From Nostoc sp. (GTDB lineage Bacteria; Cyanobacteriota; Cyanobacteriia; Cyanobacteriales; Nostocaceae), in assembly GCF_041747015.1 (NCBI RefSeq), contig NZ_JBGTFY010000387.1, forward strand, positions 3,167-67,166: a DNA stretch of 64,000 nucleotides, given 5' to 3'. Of the stretch, positions 1 to 8,851 are shown piece after piece. Every line of letters starts with the position of its first letter. Positions within the stretch are counted from its first letter, which is position 1. A program made the translations under genes and the position numbers. The notes beneath the pieces are model-generated. The model was not told the DNA's origin. It was given only the letters and a program-made list of their open reading frames with translations, and ran no database searches.

Positions 1-221
1 ATAAAAATTTAAAATCGGAGGTGATGTTAAGGCAAGTAAATGCTTTTACTTATATAACGTTATATTTTACTTATGTTTAATCGGGCAAGTTAAGTAAAAG
101 TACTTGCTGGAATTTAGTTGAAACAATAGTAAAAAATATCGATGTTTTGGTAAATTAATTTTATTAAATAATTGTTTGAAAGTTTTTTTAAATTAAGGCT
201 GAGTCATCAAGGGAAATTTAA

Positions 222-2078
222 ATGAATCAATTTCTATTTTCAACAAGTTGGTTTGTGCCTTTTTATAGCTTATTGGGCGCAATTTTGACGTTGCCGTGGG
301 GAATAGGAATAATTCAGCGAACAGGTCCAAGACCTGCGGCATATATCAATTTGTTAACGACTGTTTTGGCTTTTGTTCATAGCCTGTTTGTATTTAAAAA
401 TATCTGGGATAGAGAACCAGAAAAGTTACTAGTTACTTGGTTCAAAGCTGCGGATTTCGACTTGTCCTTTGCCTTAGAACTATCGCCAGTCAGTATTGGG
501 GCAACAGTTTTAATTACAGGGTTAAGCTTACTGACACAAGTTTACGCCTTGGGTTACATGGAAAAGGACTGGTCGTTAGCGCGTTTTTTCGCGTTGCTCG
601 GATTTTTTGAAGCGGCACTGAGTAGTCTAGCCATAAGTGATTCTTTGTTTCTCAGCTATGCCCTTTTGGAAGTATTGACGCTTTCAACTTACTTGCTAGT
701 GGGGTTCTGGTATGCTCAACCGCTAGTAGTGACGGCGGCGCGAGATGCGTTTTTAACCAAACGGGTGGGAGATTTGTTGCTGCTGATGGGTGTGGTGACG
801 CTTTCCACCTTAGCTGGCAGTTTGAACTTTTCCGATTTATATGAGTGGGCGCAAACAGCTAATTTAAGCCCAATGACATCGACGTTGCTGGGGTTGGCGT
901 TAATTGCTGGGCCTGCTGGTAAATGTGCCCAATTTCCCCTGCACTTGTGGTTAGATGAGGCGATGGAAGGGCCAAACCCCGCTTCGGTAATGCGGAATTC
1001 GCTGGTAGTAGCTGGTGGTGCTTATTTACTGTATAAACTGCAACCATTGTTAGCACTGTCACCAGTTGCCTTGAATGTATTGGTAGTCATGGGTACGGTG
1101 ACAGCGATTGGGGCAACATTAGTATCTATAGCTCAAATTGATATTAAGCGATCGCTATCTCATTCTACTAGTGCATACATGGGCTTAGTGTTTTTAGCAG
1201 TGGGGTTGCAGCAAGGGGGTGTAGCCTTGATGTTGCTGTTAACTCATGCGATCGCTAAAGCATTATTATTTATGAGTTCGGGTTCAGTCATATTAACTAC
1301 CCAAAGCCAAGATTTAACAGAAATGGGCGGTCTATGGTCACGGATGCCAGCTACAACCAGTGCTTTTGTTGTTGGTTCAGCAGGGATGGTATCACTGCTA
1401 CCACTGGGAAGCTTTTGGGCAATGCTATCATGGGCTGACGGTTTCGTGAACATTAGCCCTTGGGTGATTGGGGTTTTATTATTGGTCAATGGCTTGACAG
1501 CATTGAACTTGACCAGAGTATTTAGATTAGTCTTCTGGGGGAAACCGCAACAAAAGACCCGTCGCACCCCGGAAGTTGGTTGGCAGATGGCTTTGCCAAT
1601 GGTAATTCTCACAGTGCTGACTCTGCTTTTACCTCTGATGCTACAGCAATGGTACTTGTTGCCCGATTGGGAAAGTATTAATTGGTACGTGGCGTTAGCG
1701 TTGTTTGCTTCTACCCTAGTGGGGGTAGGTATAGGATGTACAGTTTATCTGCACAAAGCTTGGTCAAGATCCAGAATCTTGGCGTGGAGATTTCTGCAAG
1801 ACTTGTTAGGTTATGATTTTTATATTGACCGAGTTTATCGTGTAACGGTGGTGAGTGCAGTAGCACTGCTGTCTAGAGTTTCATCTTGGAGCGATCGCTA
1901 CTTGGTTGACGGTCTAGTAAACTTGGTTGGGTTTGCGACAATTCTTAGCGGACAAAGTTTAAAGTACAGCATTTCTGGACAATCCCAGGGCTATATGTTG
2001 ACCATCCTAGTAGTTGTCAGCGTCCTGGGTTTTTTCATCAGCTGGTCATCGGGTTTACTAGATAAATTACCTTTTTAA
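222..2078 (+). CDS. ndhF3: NDH-1 subunit F3 (NuoL/NdhF antiporter-like subunit of the CO2-uptake NDH-1MS complex)
   Basis: 618-aa polytopic membrane ORF of the NdhF/NuoL type. It is followed on the same strand by an NdhD-type ORF and a CupA/ChpY ORF, the canonical ndhF3-ndhD3-cupA order. Confidence 0.85.
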   Translation: MNQFLFSTSWFVPFYSLLGAILTLPWGIGIIQRTGPRPAAYINLLTTVLAFVHSLFVFKNIWDREPEKLLVTWFKAADFDLSFALELSPVSIGATVLITGLSLLTQVYALGYMEKDWSLARFFALLGFFEAALSSLAISDSLFLSYALLEVLTLSTYLLVGFWYAQPLVVTAARDAFLTKRVGDLLLLMGVVTLSTLAGSLNFSDLYEWAQTANLSPMTSTLLGLALIAGPAGKCAQFPLHLWLDEAMEGPNPASVMRNSLVVAGGAYLLYKLQPLLALSPVALNVLVVMGTVTAIGATLVSIAQIDIKRSLSHSTSAYMGLVFLAVGLQQGGVALMLLLTHAIAKALLFMSSGSVILTTQSQDLTEMGGLWSRMPATTSAFVVGSAGMVSLLPLGSFWAMLSWADGFVNISPWVIGVLLLVNGLTALNLTRVFRLVFWGKPQQKTRRTPEVGWQMALPMVILTVLTLLLPLMLQQWYLLPDWESINWYVALALFASTLVGVGIGCTVYLHKAWSRSRILAWRFLQDLLGYDFYIDRVYRVTVVSAVALLSRVSSWSDRYLVDGLVNLVGFATILSGQSLKYSISGQSQGYMLTILVVVSVLGFFISWSSGLLDKLPF

Positions 2079-2079
2079 A

Positions 2080-2123
2080 GGTCATTGGTCATTTGTCATT
2101 GGTCATTTGTCATTGGTCATTGG
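2080..2123. repeat. STRR-type heptamer tandem array (GGTCATT/TGTCATT, about 6 units)
   Basis: Direct reading: ggtcattggtcatttgtcattggtcatttgtcattggtcattgg, in the ndhF3-ndhD3 spacer. Confidence 0.9.
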
Positions 2124-2189
2124 GGAAAATGAAAAATTACTTCTTTCTCCTCTACTCCCCACTCCCTACTCCCCATTCCATAACTGCTT

Positions 2190-3695
2190 ATGCTTAGTGT
2201 TTTAATTCTAGTGCCCTTAATCGGTGCAGCTTTAATTGGTTTCTCGCCCTCTGGTATCAGTGGGAAATTTGCCCGGAGAGTGGCTTTGGTCTTTGCCAGT
2301 ATCGCTTTCCTGTGGACAATCATACTAGCAATTCAATTCCATCCAGCGGAAATTACCCAACAGTTTGCCGAATCTATCCCTTGGGTAGATGTCTTAGGCT
2401 TAAACTATAACCTTGGGATAGATGGTTTATCTTTGCCATTGCTGGTTTTAAATGGATTGTTAACTTGCATTGCTATTTACAGCAGCGATGAATCTCTACA
2501 GCGTCCTAAATTTTATTACTCTTTGATACTATTATTAAGCGCTGGGGTGACAGGAGCCTTTCTGGCACAGGATTTACTGCTATTTTTCCTGTTTTACGAA
2601 TTAGAACTAATTCCGCTGTATCTGTTGATAGCCATTTGGGGTGGGACCAAGCGGGGTTATGCTGCTACAAAATTTCTCATTTATACTGCCGTTTCGGGAT
2701 TTTTTATTTTAGCAAGTTTCCTCGGCATGGTTTGGCTGAGTGGTTCCTCTAACTTTGCACTAGCAACCTTAAACACTACGACTTTACCTCTAGCTACACA
2801 GCTTTTACTGCTAGCGGGACTTTTAGTAGGCTTCGGAATTAAAATTCCCCTGGTTCCCTTCCATACTTGGTTGCCAGATGCTCACGTTGAAGCTTCTACA
2901 CCGATTTCAGTGCTATTGGCTGGGGTGCTGTTGAAGTTGGGAACTTACGGCTTACTGCGATTTGGCATGAACTTGTTACCAGAAGCCTGGGCTTATGTGG
3001 CTCCTTGGTTAGCAACTTGGGCAGTGGTAAGTGTACTGTATGGTGCATCCTGCGCGATCGCTCAAACAGACATGAAAAAAATGGTAGCATACAGTTCTAT
3101 TGGACACATGGGCTACGTGCTTTTAGCGGCGGCGGCAGCCACACCTTTGAGTGTGTTGGGTGCTGTGATGCAGATGATTAGCCACGGCTTGATTTCCGCC
3201 ATGCTATTTTTACTAGTAGGGGTTGTGTATAAAAAAGCTGGAAGCCGAGATTTAGAAGTCGTCCAAGGATTGCTGAACCCAGAACGAGGTATGCCCGTAA
3301 TTGGTAGCTTAATTGTTATGGGAGTCATGGCCAGTGCTGGTATACCGGGAATGGTGGGGTTTATTTCCGAATTCATCATTTTTCGGGGCAGTTTCCCAGT
3401 TTTTCCGGTGCAAACGCTCCTATCAATGCTTGGTACAGGTTTAACTGCGGTTTACTTTCTCATACTCCTCAACCGCGCCTTTTTTGGCCGCTTGTCTGCC
3501 CAAGTTACCAACTTACCACGGGTGTATTGGAGCGATCGCGCCCCAGCTGCAATTTTAGCTGTACTGATTGTGATTTTCGGCATTCAACCTAGTTGGTTAG
3601 GGCGCTGGATTGAACCAACAATTACAGCAATGGTAAATACCCAAAACGTAGTAGAAACAGTGTTCTTGGATAAGGCAATAGAGACTAGGGATTAG
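2190..3695 (+). CDS. ndhD3: NDH-1 subunit D3 (NuoM/NdhD antiporter-like subunit, CO2-uptake type)
   Basis: 501-aa NdhD/NuoM-like membrane ORF located between ndhF3 and cupA. Confidence 0.85.
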   Translation: MLSVLILVPLIGAALIGFSPSGISGKFARRVALVFASIAFLWTIILAIQFHPAEITQQFAESIPWVDVLGLNYNLGIDGLSLPLLVLNGLLTCIAIYSSDESLQRPKFYYSLILLLSAGVTGAFLAQDLLLFFLFYELELIPLYLLIAIWGGTKRGYAATKFLIYTAVSGFFILASFLGMVWLSGSSNFALATLNTTTLPLATQLLLLAGLLVGFGIKIPLVPFHTWLPDAHVEASTPISVLLAGVLLKLGTYGLLRFGMNLLPEAWAYVAPWLATWAVVSVLYGASCAIAQTDMKKMVAYSSIGHMGYVLLAAAAATPLSVLGAVMQMISHGLISAMLFLLVGVVYKKAGSRDLEVVQGLLNPERGMPVIGSLIVMGVMASAGIPGMVGFISEFIIFRGSFPVFPVQTLLSMLGTGLTAVYFLILLNRAFFGRLSAQVTNLPRVYWSDRAPAAILAVLIVIFGIQPSWLGRWIEPTITAMVNTQNVVETVFLDKAIETRD

Positions 3696-3726
3696 GGACA
3701 AGGAGACAAGGAGAATAATCATACCC

Positions 3727-3788
3727 AATGACAAATGACAAATGACAAATAACAAATGACAAATGACAAATGACAAATGACAAATGAC
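3727..3788. repeat. STRR-type heptamer tandem array (AATGACA, about 9 units), complementary to the 2080-2123 array
   Basis: Direct reading: aatgacaaatgacaaatgacaaataacaaatgac... The first ATG of the tracked cupA ORF (3784) lies inside the array. Confidence 0.9.
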
Positions 3789-3804
3789 TTTTGGAGAATT
3801 AGCG

Positions 3805-4935
3805 ATGGTAACTATTAAAAAGAAAGCTACTCACAATCCCTTAGCTGAGTATATTGAACGTTTGCAAAAAGAAGAGGCATTACTCCCCGATAGTCCAGAA
3901 AATGTGCTGGAAGTTGTTGGTATTCTTAAAAGCTATGGCGTAGTTTTAGATGCTTACTCAAAAAATCTTATTTATATTGCCGAGCATCAGTTTTTAGTAT
4001 TTTTCCCATTTTTTAAATACTTTAATGGAAAGGTTTCTTTTGAGAAATTACTCCGTCACTGGTGGCATGACCGCATTAATTTTGAATATGCCGAGTATTG
4101 CTTGAAAGCCATGATGTGGCACGGTGGCGGCGGACTGGATACATATTTAGATACAAAAGAATTTCAAGAAAGAGCGCAAGCTGTGATCGCGGCAAAATTT
4201 AAAAATAATCTTTTAATTCCGGGTATTAACCAACTGTTTCCAGATTTTCTAACAGAATATTTGCGCGTCTCTGCATACTATACTGGTTTAGGTCAATTCT
4301 GGCGAGTAATGGCTGATATGTTCCTCAGCTTATCAGACCGCTACGACCAAGGCGAAATCAAATCGATTCCCGAAGTTGTAGACCACATTAAAACAGGGTT
4401 AGTGGCAAATGCCTCAAATCCAATTACCTATGCCGTCAAAATTCGGGGTGAAGTCTATGAAATTATTCCCAAAAGCGTTGGTTTGACCTTCTTAGCAGAT
4501 ACAGCAATACCTTATGTAGAGGCAGTATTCTTCCGGGGAACTCCTTTCCACGGGACAGTTTCATACAACGCCCAAGGATATCAAATTCCCCCAGATCAAA
4601 CCCGATTTCAATATGGCGCATTGTATGCCGATCCTTTGCCCATCGGCGGCGCGGGTATTCCTCCCACGTTGTTGATGCAGGATATGCGTCACTATCTTCC
4701 AGAGTATTTGCACGAAATTTATCGTCGCAGTCTTCGGGGTGAAGATGATTTGCGGGTACAAATTTGCATAAGTTTCCAAAAATCGATGTTTTGCGTGACG
4801 ACAGCAACGATTTTGGGACTGATGCCTTATCCTTTGGATAGTAAAGATCCAAATGACGAAAAAGGTAATCGAGTTTATTTAGAGAAGTGGATGAGTCGGT
4901 TAGAAACTTCGCGGTTGCTGGATGTGAATAAATAG
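3805..4935 (+). CDS. cupA: CO2 hydration protein CupA/ChpY
   Basis: The translation carries CupA hallmarks (LLPDSPENVLEVVGILKSYGVVLDAYSKNL...FFPFFKYF). I prefer the ATG at 3805 (GGAGA about 7 nt upstream) over the ATG at 3784, which is embedded in the heptamer repeat. Confidence 0.85.
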   Translation: MVTIKKKATHNPLAEYIERLQKEEALLPDSPENVLEVVGILKSYGVVLDAYSKNLIYIAEHQFLVFFPFFKYFNGKVSFEKLLRHWWHDRINFEYAEYCLKAMMWHGGGGLDTYLDTKEFQERAQAVIAAKFKNNLLIPGINQLFPDFLTEYLRVSAYYTGLGQFWRVMADMFLSLSDRYDQGEIKSIPEVVDHIKTGLVANASNPITYAVKIRGEVYEIIPKSVGLTFLADTAIPYVEAVFFRGTPFHGTVSYNAQGYQIPPDQTRFQYGALYADPLPIGGAGIPPTLLMQDMRHYLPEYLHEIYRRSLRGEDDLRVQICISFQKSMFCVTTATILGLMPYPLDSKDPNDEKGNRVYLEKWMSRLETSRLLDVNK

Positions 4936-5116
4936 TTGATTTTTGGTCAAGATTATGCTTCTGGTTCGATACCGAGCGATCGCAAAGCAGCTTATTGTGA
5001 GACATCGCAGTTTTTCTGTAAAGCTAGGTCAGGCTGCCAGGACTTTTGGACGTAAATTGTTGGAAGCTAGATAAAGGCGATCGCTTTTTCTAACTTTTTC
5101 TAATTAGGCTATAAGA

Positions 5117-6055
5117 TTATTGAATTTTTGGCCCGATGTACCCAATAATGATTTGGCCAGTCCCTAATTCTGTAGAAAAATGAAGCCGCCAAGCTCCTGC
5201 ACCAGTCATTCTTAAGTGTAAGCTGAATATACGATACACATCATCAGGACACTTAAAGGTTAGCTTATCCTTTAAACTTTGAAGCCTAGAGTCACTTTCT
5301 GGAGTAACTTTACTGGCAACAAGGTCTAAATCGAAATCTCCATCTGTCCAAGTTTTACAACAGTTCTCTAGCTCAAACAACTTTCTGACAATTTGTCGTA
5401 ACATCGGGCTACCATTGCCAAGGCTTTGTATTTGTTGACCGACACTTTCACAAAAGCTGAGAGAGGGAAATAAATCTTTTTTGCGTTGCCACAAATTACA
5501 ACCATCACGAACCCCCGTTTTCAGACGTTCCTGTATCCAAGAAAGATTTTCCTTTACGTTCTTTATGGTGCTAGCATGAGTAACTGTGACTGTATCTAAA
5601 TTCAAATTATCATCTTCAAGCCAAGTATATTCCAGTGAAATACTATTAAATTCCCATTTTTGATCTGAGTTTATGCTTAATGCTAACGATTCAAGTAGAT
5701 AGGCAATTCCCAAGCCTTCACTTTTTTCTCCTTCATACAGAAAATCTGAGAGTATATTTTTATTTTCAATATCTGAATCTTGAATATCTGCGAGAAAAGG
5801 TGTCTTTGCTGCTGTCAGAATAAATCGTATATCGTCTCTATTTACAGTTTTATCTATTAACCAGTTAGATAACGAATAATTATCTGCTAATACAGTATTG
5901 TAGAATTCATGATGAGTGCGAATTATTGGCTTAACACCTAGCTCTGCTGCTTCGCGTGCGGTCAGAATTAATTCTGACATTCTTTGTTTAGCCATCTGAA
6001 TATCATTAGCAGTAGATCGCAAAGATAACTCATTCAATACCATTTCCAAGTCCAT
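5117..6055 (-). CDS. Hypothetical protein, third gene of the DUF262-ATPase operon, with a C-terminal RelE/HigB-like motif
   Basis: 312-aa ORF starting 3 nt after the ATPase stop codon. AT-rich. I recognise no family for the N-terminal ~260 aa. The C-terminus reads AGAWRLHFSTELGTGQIIIGYIGPKIQ. Confidence 0.6.
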   Translation of the reverse strand: MDLEMVLNELSLRSTANDIQMAKQRMSELILTAREAAELGVKPIIRTHHEFYNTVLADNYSLSNWLIDKTVNRDDIRFILTAAKTPFLADIQDSDIENKNILSDFLYEGEKSEGLGIAYLLESLALSINSDQKWEFNSISLEYTWLEDDNLNLDTVTVTHASTIKNVKENLSWIQERLKTGVRDGCNLWQRKKDLFPSLSFCESVGQQIQSLGNGSPMLRQIVRKLFELENCCKTWTDGDFDLDLVASKVTPESDSRLQSLKDKLTFKCPDDVYRIFSLHLRMTGAGAWRLHFSTELGTGQIIIGYIGPKIQ

Positions 6056-6058
6056 CTG

Positions 6059-7255
6059 CTACGCATCCCTTGGCTTAAGTAAAGTTATTAAATCTTTTTC
6101 CCATTCATCAAAAAATCCATCAGGCCAATAATCAATTCTGCCGTTACGATCAATTTTTGGTGATATTACTTCGGTAAAAACTTGTCCTTGTTTTTCTTGA
6201 CGCTGAAAGTAATGTAATTGCAAATCTTTGGGATTAAGTTTGCCGCCATGAACTGCAAGCCGAATTCCGTTTAAAACATGATCGCTATGAGTTTCTATCA
6301 CCACTTGCACACCACAACTAGCAGCCAGCGCTAACAACTCACCCATTTTGGCTTGTCCTTTAGGATGAAGATGTGCCTCTGGATTTTCAATTAAAATCAG
6401 TGTATCTGGAGGGGATGCAAGTACAGCTACAATAATTGGTAAGGTGTAAGTAATTCCAAATCCAACATTAGTATTACGGTATCTGCTACTTACATCTTTT
6501 CCCATTTCAAATGAGTATTGCAAACTCATTAAATCAACGCCTGGAATTGGGTTGACATGAATTCTTGTACCAGGGCTGATTTCTCCCATCCATGCCTCCA
6601 CTTGATCCTTCAAAGATAGCGACTCTGCTTTTGGATGGCTTAATTTGCTTACTTCACCTTGTTTAGGAGGTTCAAAAGCTTTAGCAACCGTTTGTGAACC
6701 TATTTGCTTAAGTCCAACTGTATTTATGTTCGATTTACCAAAAACGGTAAGGAAATGTGCTGTATATTCACCTCTAGTACCAATTTGAAAATGTTGATGT
6801 ACTAAATCCTCTGACATTTCAAAGACATTACGAGGGCCAAGCCGTTCTGCTTGCAGATAGTGAAAGTAATCTCCAAACAGGCTAAATTCATGTATTTCTC
6901 TCGTTATTGGTGCAGTATCACTGCGGAGAACATCTGCTTGTTCATCATATCTAAAGCGCCATGTCCATGTTTTTCTTTCTTGATAATCTACTACAAGTTC
7001 AAAACTAATAATTTCTTCCTTGGCTTCCTCAAATAAAGCATCTTTAGCCGTACCAATACGCACTAAATCACCATTTAGAGCTAGACCTTTTGTTTGCAAA
7101 AGTCTCTGTTGATAAGACTGGCGCAATAGAAGTAATGACTGTAATACTGAAGATTTACCCATACCATTAAGTCCAGATAATAGAGTTAGTGATCTAAACT
7201 CTAGTAACTGATTTTCAAAGGGTTTAAAATTCTTTATATGTAGTGAATGTATCAT
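6059..7255 (-). CDS. ABC/OLD-type AAA ATPase (AAA_15/AAA_21-like, DUF3696-like C-terminus)
   Basis: Walker A GLNGMGKSS. Walker B with the characteristic LILIENPEAHLHP. H-loop ETHSDH. C-terminal YWPDGFFDEWEKD. Its start overlaps the upstream stop codon (ATGA). Confidence 0.8.
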   Translation of the reverse strand: MIHSLHIKNFKPFENQLLEFRSLTLLSGLNGMGKSSVLQSLLLLRQSYQQRLLQTKGLALNGDLVRIGTAKDALFEEAKEEIISFELVVDYQERKTWTWRFRYDEQADVLRSDTAPITREIHEFSLFGDYFHYLQAERLGPRNVFEMSEDLVHQHFQIGTRGEYTAHFLTVFGKSNINTVGLKQIGSQTVAKAFEPPKQGEVSKLSHPKAESLSLKDQVEAWMGEISPGTRIHVNPIPGVDLMSLQYSFEMGKDVSSRYRNTNVGFGITYTLPIIVAVLASPPDTLILIENPEAHLHPKGQAKMGELLALAASCGVQVVIETHSDHVLNGIRLAVHGGKLNPKDLQLHYFQRQEKQGQVFTEVISPKIDRNGRIDYWPDGFFDEWEKDLITLLKPRDA

Positions 7256-8385
7256 GATAATACTGATTTTATAACTTGTTCTATCTCATTCAATCTGTGT
7301 AATACAGTCTTAAGGGTTCCCGTACTCCTGTAGATAGTAGTATTAAATTTTCCCTCATTAGTCAAATCTATTATTTTTTGTTTTACAATTTCTTTCCTTT
7401 CTTTAAGAATCTCAATTTCTTGAGCATTAAGTTTATATAAATTAACTGACCAAGCTTCAAACAATGCCTTGTTGATGGGATAGCGTTTTGCTCCTTTTTT
7501 CATTTTCCGAAAAGCATCTTTACCAAATACCTCAAATGCTAAATTCATTAAACTTAGGAAATTATTAGTTATTATTTTTATTTCTTCGTCTGACATGAGA
7601 TTTATATATGCCATAGCTTGATATAATATTTTTTTAAAGCTTGTATTTCTTTGAAATAATTCTTGATTTTTTATCAAAAATACTAAAACTCTAAGTATGC
7701 ACTCTCGATCAGCCATTCTATCTGATTTTATTCCTTTGTCAGTAGCTTTTTGGAATTCAGATGATACGGCTAAATCTCCTAATAACTTCGTTGCTTTACC
7801 TTGATTTAAAGCATGACGAATTTCCTGGGTTGATAGAGATAAACCACTGGTATTAATCCGCTCAAAAATAGCCTGTTTAAATTCACTATCTGTACCCGGT
7901 TCAAGAAAAATAACTGTGACAAGAGTTTCTTCTATACGACGTTGATAATTTCGTGGAATTTCGTCATATATCTTGCCATTAAATAGAGTAAATGATTCTA
8001 GTCCAGTTAGCTTAAGTGTTTTATCTATCACAAACTCTTTTAAAGTGGTTAGCCTTTGTAAACCATCTATCACTAACCATTTTTCTTCATTAGTTGCATC
8101 AATATAGAATGCCGGTATGGGAATACGAAGTAAAATTGACTCAATAAGCCGACTTTGAGCAATTTTATTCCAAACGGATTTTCGTTGGAATTCAGGAGAT
8201 AATTCAATTTCATCATTCCTAATTCTACCCATTAAGTAGTCAACACTAATCTGTCTAGTTTCAACCCTAATTTTAGTAGGGTTGAATGGTTCACTTATCT
8301 CATCTTCTTCTATTGCGATATCATCTTCTTCTATTTTTGTTTCTTCTTTAAATAATTCAGAGTTAAGGTGGTTCAGATTTGTCAT
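7252..8385 (-). CDS. DUF262 (ParB/Srx-fold nuclease/NTPase-like) domain protein
   Basis: Motifs PEFQRKSVWNKIAQSRLIESILLRIPIPAFY and WLVIDGLQRLTTL match the DUF262 core (the DGQQR-type motif). There is no DUF1524/HNH half. Confidence 0.8.
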   Translation of the reverse strand: MTNLNHLNSELFKEETKIEEDDIAIEEDEISEPFNPTKIRVETRQISVDYLMGRIRNDEIELSPEFQRKSVWNKIAQSRLIESILLRIPIPAFYIDATNEEKWLVIDGLQRLTTLKEFVIDKTLKLTGLESFTLFNGKIYDEIPRNYQRRIEETLVTVIFLEPGTDSEFKQAIFERINTSGLSLSTQEIRHALNQGKATKLLGDLAVSSEFQKATDKGIKSDRMADRECILRVLVFLIKNQELFQRNTSFKKILYQAMAYINLMSDEEIKIITNNFLSLMNLAFEVFGKDAFRKMKKGAKRYPINKALFEAWSVNLYKLNAQEIEILKERKEIVKQKIIDLTNEGKFNTTIYRSTGTLKTVLHRLNEIEQVIKSVLS

Positions 8386-8748
8386 GGCACATACTCCTTA
8401 GCCTGAAAAACTAGTTACTAGTACTTGATAGTTTACCTGGATGACTTACCTTGATAGTACTACCTTCTAGCATTAGCAGTTGTAATCAACATAAATGATC
8501 GTACTCTTAACACCTATAAATACCAAAGCAGCCAGAATACACAAGCTGCTTTAGTAAAAATATGATCACTCGTTTACTTGGCTACCACCAAATTAACTGG
8601 TGCAATCCCGGCTAAATCTAAAATCGGGGCGATCGCCTCTGGTAACGTCAGGACAATCGCACTTTAATAGCCAAAAAGCTATAGACATCGCTCTCTAAAT
8701 ATTTTCCACTCAGAGAGATATGAAAAACAATTCGGAATTAAGTACTTG

Positions 8749-8851
8749 TAGCGGTTCTCGTTTACGTAAGGTACACCCGTAAGGGTACGGCATTGCCGTG
8801 TCCCTACACTTGGCAATATAATCTTATACTGCATCTAAATGAGAACCGCTA
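8749..8851. repeat. MITE-like element with 16-bp terminal inverted repeats
   Basis: tagcggttctcgttta (8749-8764) pairs with taaatgagaaccgcta (8836-8851) with one mismatch. The interior contains a further GC-rich hairpin. Confidence 0.6.

Noticed and set aside
859-3379. Several 60-120-aa minus-strand ORFs inside ndhF3 and ndhD3 (859-1062, 1244-1612, 2117-2323, 2896-3090, 3113-3379).
   Set aside because: They are antisense shadows of long, clearly homologous membrane-protein genes.
4463-5005. 180-aa minus-strand ORF overlapping the 3' end of cupA (also 4561-4779).
   Set aside because: It is antisense to a well-supported CupA coding region, has no recognisable motifs and an odd composition. 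It is a typical shadow ORF.
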